Assembly: GCA_002269645.1 (NCBI GenBank)
Contig: NIVC01001505.1
Location: forward strand, 1-64,000
Direction of reading: 5' to 3'
Source of the DNA: Macrostomum lignano
Taxonomy: Eukaryota
DNA length: 64,000 nt
Position 1 is the stretch's first letter. Every line of letters begins with the position of its first letter. Under the pieces are notes generated by a model, which had not been told where the DNA came from, did not search any database, and saw nothing but the letters and a program-made list of their open reading frames with translations. Shown piece by piece: positions 54,800-64,000 of this stretch. The position numbers and the translations under genes are program-made.

Positions 54800-55662
54800 C
54801 CTCCTCCCTGGTTTGGGATTTTTGGACTCGTTTCGTCCGCTGCCTTTGTCGCCACGCCTGTGCCTTCCCTCTTGCTGCTTTTGGCCCTGTTGGCTAAGGT
54901 TGCGATTTCAGGGGCCGGTTTTAACCTGCTCTGTAATCGTGTTTAGCCGACGGGGCCGCCCCCTCCGCCCGTCTGTGCGTGCGGCCCGCGCGTGTGCATC
55001 CCTGCCGCAAGGTGGGGTGCTGGGTGCCGGCCGGCAGGCGGGGTGTTGGGTTGGGGGTGGGCGGCGTCGGCCCCCTTTTATTTGTGCGCTCACGCTCTCT
55101 CGTGCGCGCTGCGAGAGCGCTTTGGCTCGTAAAATTTTTTTTATTAATTTTCTTGTAATGCTTTTATTCCGTTGCTTCGTGACTTCCCTTTTAATCGCCT
55201 CAAATCCTAAAATATATTCGCTATCGCAGGACTCGTTTCGTCCGCTGCCTTTGTCGCCACGCCTGTGCCTTCCCTCTTGCTGCTTTTGGCCCTGTTGGCT
55301 AATAGAAATTATGTTGTTTGCCATTTTCAGGACAGTAGTTTTATTTTATTGAAATCCTAGATAAATAATCTCATTGTTCCTGTACAAATAAATAGTCTAT
55401 GACCTAGGCTAGGTATAACTATAAGTATAAGTAGCATATGAAGTTTTAGATTTGCACTTTTAATTTAGACTAGAATTTAAATTTCGAAGATAGGATAGGA
55501 TTTTTAGGATCTTTACTAGCAATCTTCGCCCCCCGTTGGGGGACATCTATATAGAATCTCTGTTCTCGACAAGTAAGTAACAAAAAAATAGCGAAATAAA
55601 GCCTTCACAAAGAAAACAGACAAAATACTCAAATGAAGTGCAATGTAAAAAGAAATCATCGC

Positions 55663-55935
55663 AAGACAGCAAGCATCCCCCAGATAGCAAGCATCCCCCA
55701 GATAGCAAGCATCCCCCAGATAGCAAGCATCCCCCAGATAGCAAGCATCCCCCAGATAGCAAGCATCCCCCAGATAGCAAGCATCCCCCAGATAGCAAGC
55801 ATCCCCCAGATAGCAAGCATCCCCCAGATAGCAAGCATCCCCCAGATAGCAAGTATCCCCCAGATAGCAAGCATCCCCCAGATAGAAAGCATCCCCAAGA
55901 TAGATAGCATCCCCAAATAGCAAGCATCCACCAGA
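55663..55935. repeat. 18-bp minisatellite (CAGATAGCAAGCATCCCC) x ~15; degenerate copy at ~61655-61865
   Basis: Direct. Confidence 0.95.
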
Positions 55936-56019
55936 CAATAAGTAGCTAGTGCGACAATTTCTTTAGCATTATAGCGGCTCTTTTAAAATTCGCTTACTTT
56001 TACGTTTGAAATTGTGTAT

Positions 56020-58425
56020 ATTTTATGTTTAACAGGGTGGCTCTTTTATGTTCTACATTGTGGCTCTTTTTTGTTCAACATGGTAACTCTTTTATGTTTG
56101 ATACGGTGGCTTCCAATGTCTGACATGGTGGCTCTTCTATGTTTGACATGGTGGCGCATTAATGCTCGACATGGTGGCTCTTTACTGTTTGACATGGTGG
56201 CTCTTTAATGTTCTACATTAAGGCTCTTTAATGTTCTACATTGTGCTCTTTAATATTTGACATTGTGGCTCTTTAATGTTCGACAGGGTGGCTCTTTAAT
56301 GTTTGACATGGAGTCACGTATGTGTTAGACATGGAGTCATGTATATATTTGGCATGGAGTCACATATATGCTTTACATGGTGGCTCTTTAATGTTTGACA
56401 TGTTGGCTCTTTAATGTGTGACATGGTGGCTCTTTAATGTTTGCCATGGAGTCATGTATATATTTGGCATGGAGTCACGTATATGTTTGACATGGTGGCT
56501 CTTTAATGTTTGACATAGTGGCTCTTTAATGTTTGACATGGTGGCTCTTTTATGTTTGACATGATGGCTCTTTAATGTTCGACATGGTGGCTGTTTAATG
56601 TTTGTTATGGAGTCATATGTATATGTTTTACATGGTGGCTCTTTTATGTGTGACATGGAGTCACGTATATATTTGACATGGAGTCACATATATGTTTGAC
56701 ATGGTGGCTCTTTAGTGTTCGATATGGTGGCTCTTTAATGTTTGACATGGTGGCTCTTTAATGTTAGACATGGTGGCTCTTTAATGTTTGACATGGTGGC
56801 TCTTTAATGTTTGACATGGTGGCTCTTTTATGTTTGACATGGTGGCTCTTTAATATTTGACATGGTGGCTCTTTAATGTTCAACATTGTGGCTCTTTAAT
56901 GTTCTACATGGTGGTTCTTTAATATTTGACATGGTGGCTCTTTAATGTTCAACATTGTGGCTCTTTAATGTTCAACATGGTGGCTCTTTATTGTTTGACA
57001 TGATGGCTCTTTAATGTTCGACATGGTGGCTCTTTTATGTTTGACATGGTGGCTCTTTAATATTTGACATGGTGGCTCTTTAATGTTCAACATTGTGGCT
57101 CTTTAATGTTCAACATGGTGGCTCTTTATTGTTTGACATGATGGCTCTTTAATGTTAGACATGGTGGCTCTTTAATGTTCGACATGGTGGCTCTTTATTG
57201 TTCGAAATTGTGGCTCTTTAATGTTCTACATGGTGGCTCTTTAATGCTCTACATTGTGGCTCTTTAATGCTCTACATTGTGGCTCTTTAATGTTCTACAT
57301 TGTGGCTCTTTAATCTTCGACATGGTGGCTCTTTAATGTTTGACATTGTGGCTCTTTATTGTTTGACGTGATGGCTTTTTAATGTTTGACATCATGGCTC
57401 TTAAATGTTCTACATTGTGGCTTTTTAATGTTCTACATTGTGGCTCTTTAATGTTTGACATGGTGGCTCTTTAACGTTCGACAGGGTGGCTCTTTAATGT
57501 TTGACATGGAGTCACGTATGTGTTAGACATGGAGTCATGTATGTATTTGGCATGGAGTCACGTATATGTTTGACATGGTGGCTCTTTAATGTTTGACATA
57601 GTGGCTCTTTAATGTTTGACATAGTGGCTCTTTAATGTTTGACATAGTGGCTCTTTAATGTTTGACATCGTGGCTCTTTAATGTTTGACATGGTGGCTCT
57701 TTTATGTTTGACATGATGGCTCTTTAATGTTCGACATGGTGGCTGTTTAATGTTTGTTATGGAGTCATATGTATATGTTTTACATGGTGGCTCTTTTATG
57801 TGTGACATGGAGTCACGTATATATTTGACATGGAGTCACATATATGTTTGACATGGTGGCTCTTTAGTGTTCGATATGGTGGCTCTTTAATGTTTGACAT
57901 GGTGGCTCTTTAATGTTTGACATAGTGGCTCTTAATTTTTTACTTGGTGGCTCTTTAATGTTTGACATGGTTGCTCCTTACTATATGACATGGTGGCTCT
58001 TTAATGTTTGACATGGAGTCACGTATGTGTTTGACATGGAGTCACGTATATATTTGGCATGGAGTCACGTAAATGCTTTACATGGTGGCTCTTTATGTTC
58101 GACAAAGAGTCATAAGTATATGTTTTACATGGTGGCTCTTTTATGTTTGACATGGAGTCACGTATATGTTTGACATGTAGTCACGTATGTGTTTGACATG
58201 GAGTCACGTATATATTTGACATGGAGTCACGTAAATGCTTTACATTGTGGCTCTTTATGTTCGACAAAGAGTCATAAGTATATGTTTGACATGGTGGCTC
58301 TTTAATGTTTGACATGGTGGCTTTTTAGTGTTTGACATGGTGGCTCTTTAATGTTTGACATGGTGGCTCTTTAATGTTCAACATGGTGGCTCTTCTATGT
58401 TTGACATTGTGCCTCTTTTATGTTT
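56020..58425. repeat. 23-bp minisatellite (TTTGACATGGTGGCTCTTTAATG, with a GACATGGAGTCACGTATAT variant), ~100 units
   Basis: Direct. Confidence 0.96.
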
Positions 58426-58899
58426 AGCAGTTTTGTGTTTTTAATGTGTTTTAATAAAAAAATCTTTTTGCACTACTAAGATTCGAACCCAGGTCACTAC
58501 ATTAGCATACCAGTCTGTTCGCATCTGGCTATCTCTTTTCATTTGGAGAACATGAATTGTGGCCCTTATAATTCAATTCTTACAGCAAGTCAATTGGAGT
58601 AGAAAGTTATGACATAATCAATTTCTCAGTCAGCCAGTATCAGTCTCAATTTAAGTTAGCAATATGGTTACGCAATTTTAATCAAGTCGGGTGTGCATTT
58701 CTTCGACACTGTTTTCAAATTGTTGTGATGCAATCTTTATCACAATCGGAATTGAGCCAGTCAGTTTTTTCTCTAGCATTCTTACAATGCATTTCAGGTC
58801 GAAAGAGCTGCTTGACCTTTGCAAAAAAGCATGTTTTTCGAATATTTAATCCCTTTAAAATTGAGCAATTTCTTAGCCAGGATGCATGTACCGTCCCAG

Positions 58900-59018
58900 G
58901 AAAATTTCTGATCGAATGGTGCAAGTTTGAAGAAAATCGGTTGAGCCATTTTTTCTGAAATCTATCGCATACCTACCTACCTACCCACAGACAACTCATT
59001 TTTAGTATATGGGACTAG
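58900..59018 (+). mobile_element. Possible 3' end of a non-autonomous Helitron-like element carrying the upstream minisatellites
   Basis: CAAGTTTGAAGAAAATCGGTTGAGCC...(CTAC)n CACAGACA...TATATGGGACTAG resembles non-autonomous Helitron 3' ends from memory. 5' end not identified. Confidence 0.3.
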
Positions 59019-60584
59019 CTAAAGTTTTGCCCCCCTTCGGGGAGCAGAAATAATTAATATTCGTCTAATATAATATACCTTTTAGCAGGAGTACTTTAAG
59101 TGTTTTTCTTAAGCTTAAGCTTAAAATAGGAATTTTTGGAGATCGTTAATAACGCATTTTAGGTAAAACAAAACTATCAACTTTTTACAGTTTTTAGTTT
59201 AGAGCCCTGTATATGTCAACGTGTTTGATAAAAATTATTTTTATCATTTTTGATAAAAAATGGCCTTCGGGGTGGCCAATAAGCAAGGGACGAATCCTTT
59301 TAAATGAAAAAAAATTCTTAGGGAGGGGGCTAGGAATCGAATTCTCATTTTAATTCCAGGCTTATGTACCAATAAAACATGTTTGTGCAGAATTTTATAA
59401 CAGACATTGAAATTCAACCATACTTGCCTTCTTTCAGAGCTACTTCTACCAGTATGCTTCAGTACGCTACCAGTACCCTTGTAAGCCTTGACATGTCAGC
59501 AATCCCCCCCACAAGCCTTAACATATCAACTCCCCCCTTGACATCTCAGCAATGCTCCCACAAGCCTTGAAATCTTAAAAAATCTGTCTATTTTCTAACC
59601 CTAACCCTAACCCTAAAGCATTGAAATTTCAGTAATTCTCTCTAAGAGTCTATAGCACTACTACAGCATTATAGCGATTCCCTGCAAGCCTCGACATCGT
59701 AGGGATTCCCAAATGAATCTCTTAACTTTGACATGAAGCTTCTTTTTTTTTACATTACGCTTTTTCTATCAGCGATCCCTCCCGTGAGGAGCCAACAAAT
59801 AATGTAATAACTTTTTTCCAATAAACTACATGTAGCTTCTGACATTAGCCTTGACATCTCATTTATTCCCCGTGAGCCTTGACATCTCAGCTATAGATAG
59901 ATAGATAGATTCCCCTCGTAAGCCTTGACATGTCAGCGATGCCCCCATAAACCTTGAAATCTAAAAAATCCCCTGTTAACCTTGAAACGCGCTAAAATCT
60001 AACCCTCAACCCAAACCTGACGTAAACCTAACTTTCACCCAACCTAAAGCCTTGAAATCACAGCAATTCTTCTTCCCTAAGCCTTGGCATTTAAGTGATT
60101 CCTTCTTTAAGAATCACAGCACTATAACGATTCTCTCCAAGCTTTGACATCGTAGCAATTCCCAAATGAATATTTTAACTTTGACATGACTTTTATTTTA
60201 TGTATACATAGTGCTCCTTTTATTTTTACATGACTCTTCTTCTATCAGCGCCCCCCCCACCGTGGCAAGCCAACAAAGAATGCAATAAAAAACTTAAGTA
60301 AAGTACATGTACTTTGAAGTAGCTTCTGACTTTTGCTTTAACATCTCAGAAACCCCCCTGTAATCTCAGTTATTCTCTGTGAGCCTTGACGTCTCAGTAA
60401 TTCTCCCCAGCACAGCACTGTACTATAGCTTCATTTAATTTTTATATGACATTTCTTTCATGTCTGACATGACGCTTCTTTTGATTTTTACGTTACGCTT
60501 CTTTTATTCTTCCATGATGCTTCTTAATTTTTTAAATGACACACTTTCATTAGTTTTTATATGAGGCTTCTATAATTTTTTCAT

Positions 60585-61500
60585 GACGCTTCTATGCTTG
60601 TTTACATGACGCTTGTATGATTTTTACATGACGCTTCTATGATTTTTACATGACGCTTCTATGATTGTTTACATGACGCTTGTATGATTGTTTACATGAC
60701 GCTTCTATGATTTTTTACATGACGCTTTTATGATTTTTACATGACGCTTCTATGATTTTTACATGACGCTTCTATGATTTTTACATGACGCTTCTATGAT
60801 TTTTACATGACGCTTCTATGATTTTTACATGACGCTTCTATGATTTTTACATGACGCTTCTATGATTTTTTACATGACGCTTCTATGATTGTTTACATGA
60901 CGCTTCTATGATTGTATACATGACGCTTCTATGATTGTTTACATGACGCTTTTATGATTGTTTACATGACGCTTCTATGATTTTTACATGACGCTTCTAT
61001 AATTTTTACATGACGCTTCTATGATTGTTTACATGACGCTTCTATGATTGTTTACATGACGCTTCTATGATTTTAACATGACGCTTCTATGATTTTTTTA
61101 CATGACGCTTCTATGATTGTTTACATGACGCTTGTATGATTGTTTACATGACGCTTGTATGATTTTAACATGACGCTTCTATGATTGTTTACATTACGCT
61201 TCTATGATTGCTTGCATGACGCTTCTATGATTTTTTATGACGCTTTTATGATTTTAACATGACGCTTCTATGATTTTTTTACATGACGCTTCTATGATTG
61301 TTTACATGACGCTTGTATGATTGTTTACATGACGCTTTTATGATTTTAACATGACGCTTCTATGATTGTTTACATTACGCTTCTATGATTTTTACATGAC
61401 GCTTCTATGATTTTTACATGACGCTTCTATGATTGTTTACATGTCGCTTCTATGATTGTTTACATGACGCTTGTATGATTGTTTACATGACGCTTCCATA
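60585..61500. repeat. 22-23-bp minisatellite (TTTACATGACGCTTCTATGATT) x ~40
   Basis: Direct. Confidence 0.96.
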
Positions 61501-61890
61501 ATTTTTTTTGTCTTGGCGTTAAAAGGCTTTAATTAAAAAAACTCTACTCTCTAAAAATTCGAACCATCGTCCCTGCATTTAGCAGTTTAGTCTGTTTACC
61601 TCTAGGCTAGCTCTCATGAATTTTAGTCATTACCCCTAAATAGAAAATATTCCCAAGACAGCAAGCATCCCCCCAGTAGCAAGCATCCCCTAATACTCCT
61701 AGCAAGCATCCACCCAGATAGCAAGCATCTGCAGATAGCAAGCATCTTGCAGATAGCAAGCATCTTGCAGATAGCAAGCATACCCCAAATAATGTAGAAG
61801 CATCCTTCCAGATAGCAAGCATCCTGCACATAGCAAGAATCCCTAAATAGCAAGCATCCCTGGATAGAAATAATCCTATACATGTAGCCA

Positions 61891-63707
61891 AGCTTATCAA
61901 GCGCAGTAATCCTTGGCTATCGAGTGCAGTAATCCTTGGTTTATTAATAGCAATAATCCATGGCTTATCAAGTGCAGTAATCCTTGGTTTATTAATAGCA
62001 ATAATCCTTGGCTTATCGAGTGCAGTAATTCATGGTTTATTAATAGCAATAATCCTTGGCTTATCGAGTGCAGTAATCCTTGGTTTATTAATAGCAATAA
62101 TCCATGCCTTATCGAGTGCAGTAATCCTTGGTTTATTAATAGCAATAATCCTTGGCTTATCGAGTGCAGTAATCCTTGGTTTATTAATAGCAATAATCCA
62201 TGGCTTATCGAGTGCAGTAATCCTTGGTTTGCCAAGAGCAATAGTCCTTGGCTTATCGAGTGCAGTAATCCTTGGTTTGCCAAGAGCAATAGTCCTTGGT
62301 TTATTGAGTGCAGTAATCCTTGGTTTATTAATAGCAATAGTCCTTGGTTTATTGAGTGCAGTAATCCTTGGTTTATTAATAGCAATAATCCTTGGCTTAT
62401 CGAGTGCAGTAATCCTTGGTTTGCCAAGTGCATAATCCTTGGTTTATCGAGTGCAGTAATCCTTGGTTTATTAATAGCAATAATCCATGGCTTATCGAGT
62501 GCAGTAATCCTTGGTTTGCCAAGAGCAATAGTCCTTGGCTTATCGAGTGCAGTAATCCTTGGTTTGCCAAGAGCAATAGTCCTTGGTTTATTGAGTGCAG
62601 TAATCCTTGGTTTATTAATAGCAATAGTCCTTGGTTTATTGAGTGCAGTAATCCTTGGTTTATTAATAGCAATAATCCTTGGCTTATCGAGTGCAGTAAT
62701 CCTTGGTTTGCCAAGTGCATAATCCTTGGTTTATTAATAGCAATAATCCTTGGCTTATCGAGTGCAGTAATCCTTGTTTTATTAATAGCAATAATCCTTG
62801 GTTTATCGAGTGCATTAGTCCTTGGTTTATTAATAGCAATAATCCTTGGCTTATCGAGTGCAGTAATCCTTGGTTTATTAATAGCAATAATCCTTGGCTT
62901 ATCGAGTGCAGTAATCCTTGGTTTGCCAAGAGCAATAGTCCTTGGTTTTTTGAGTGCAGTAATGCTTGGTTTATTAATAGCAATAATCCTTGGCTTATCG
63001 ATTGCAGTAATCCTTGGTTTGCCAAGTGCATAATCCTTGGTTTATTAATAGCAATAATCCTTGGTTTATCGAGTGCAGTAATCCTTAGTTTATTAATAGC
63101 AATAATCCTTGGCTTATCGAGTGCAGTAATCCTTGGTTTATTAATAGCAATAATCCATGGCTTATCGAGTGCAGTAATCCTTGGTTTGCCAAGAGCAATA
63201 GTCCTTGGCTTATCGAGTGCAGTAATCCTTGGTTTGCCAAGAGCAATAGTCCTTGGTTTATTGAGTGCAGTAATCCTTGGTTTATTAATAGCAATAGTCC
63301 TTGGCTTATCGAGTGCAGTAATCCTTGGTTTATTAATAGCAATAATCCTTGGTTTATCGAGTGCAGTAATCCTTGGTTTATTAATAGCAATAATCCTTGG
63401 CTTATCGAGTGCAGTAATCCTTGGTTTATTAATAGCAATAATCCATGGCTTATGAGTGCAGTAATCCTTGGTTTATTAATAGCAATAATCCTTGGCTTAT
63501 CGAGTGCAGTAATTCATGGTTTATTAATAGCAATAATCCTTGGCTTATCGAGTGCAGTAATCCTTGGTTTATTAATAGCAATAATCCATGGCTTATCGAG
63601 TGCAGTAATCCTTGGTTTGCCAAGAGCAATAATCCTTGGCTTATCGAGTGCAGTATTCCTTGGTTTGCCAAGAGCAATAATCCTTAGCTTATCGAGTGCA
63701 GTAATCT
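61891..63707. repeat. 24-bp minisatellite with 48-bp dimeric higher-order structure (GCAGTAATCCTTGGTTTATTAATA / GCAATAATCCTTGGCTTATCGAGT)
   Basis: Direct. It is the source of the ECSNPWFINSNNPWLI repeat ORFs. Confidence 0.97.
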
Positions 63708-63778
63708 AAGTGTTTTTATTTAGTCCTTTAATAAAAGCTTTTAATAAAAAATTTTACACTACTACTTTTAAACTACTT

Positions 63779-63840
63779 AGATTCGAACCCAGGTCGCTGC
63801 ATTAGCAGTCTGGTCTGCTCAGCTCTAGGCTAGCTCTCAT
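63779..63840 (-). other. tRNA-like module (pseudo-tRNA / SINE-head-like); related copies at ~58478-58535 and ~61557-61617
   Basis: Minus strand TAGCCTAGAG...GACTGCTAAT...GGGTTCGAATC contains a B box and a tRNA-Ser(GCT)-like anticodon loop. There is no complete cloverleaf, so it is not called a tRNA. Confidence 0.55.
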
Positions 63841-64000
63841 CGAAGTTATCAGTGAATTTGTACCACTTATATAATTAATTCAACACTCACACCAAGTCAG
63901 GTAGAGTAAAAAGTCACGCGAAGCAGTTATGACATAATCAATTTCTTAGGCAAGTCAGTACCAGTGTCTATGAAAGTTAACAATATGGTTACGTAATATA

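Larger units (their letters stand above)
50806..55302 (+). mobile_element. Intact Ngaro-type tyrosine-recombinase retrotransposon, element A, with split direct repeats A1-ORFs-B1-A2-B2
   Basis: A1 50806-51052 matches A2 54896-55141 (I see one G-run indel). B1 54824-54897 matches B2 55229-55302 (74 bp). gag, RT/RNase H and YR are uninterrupted, and no methyltransferase ORF is seen. Confidence 0.95.
48515..55515 (+). repeat. Segmental duplicate of 24075-25640 (upstream region, exon 1 and start of intron 1 of the RNF213-like gene), interrupted by a MITE and by YR element A
   Basis: Colinear blocks, e.g. 24440/48925, 24930/50370, 25250-25410/50665-50805 and 25420-25640/55303-55515. Confidence 0.85.

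Overview
Intron-containing animal genomic DNA, repeat-rich. The gene set, GC-rich coding exons and intronic (GTCT)n tracts suggest an invertebrate, possibly a free-living flatworm such as Macrostomum (inference only, not verified). Host genes, with exons joined by hand and phase-checked: first coding exon of a T-type Ca channel (Cav3, - strand, followed by an AT-AC U12-type 5' splice site); a 2-exon secreted peptide precursor; a 3-exon MUL1-like RING E3 ligase; a 2-exon Speedy/RINGO CDK activator; and a ~3,600-aa RNF213-like AAA+ gene with no E3 module in the window. A tandem segmental duplicate (~41.9-55.5 kb) repeats the Speedy intron/exon 2 and the promoter plus exon 1 of the RNF213-like gene. 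Two divergent tyrosine-recombinase (Ngaro/DIRS-group) retrotransposons sit in that duplicate: one intact (50806-55302, A1-B1A2-B2 split repeats) and one decayed (44823-48493). Top result: both elements share three signals at equivalent positions. These are an A-AAA-AAC slippery heptamer directly before the gag stop, a CAG|GTGAGC donor in gag, and a TTTCAG|GT acceptor in front of the ATG-less recombinase ORF. In the intact copy they predict three proteins from one transcript: Gag, Gag-RT-RNaseH via -1 frameshift, and a spliced SAP-domain-recombinase fusion. These are sequence-based predictions, and I cannot verify their novelty. The remainder is SINEs, LINE 3' fragments, a deleted mariner, MITEs and minisatellite arrays.
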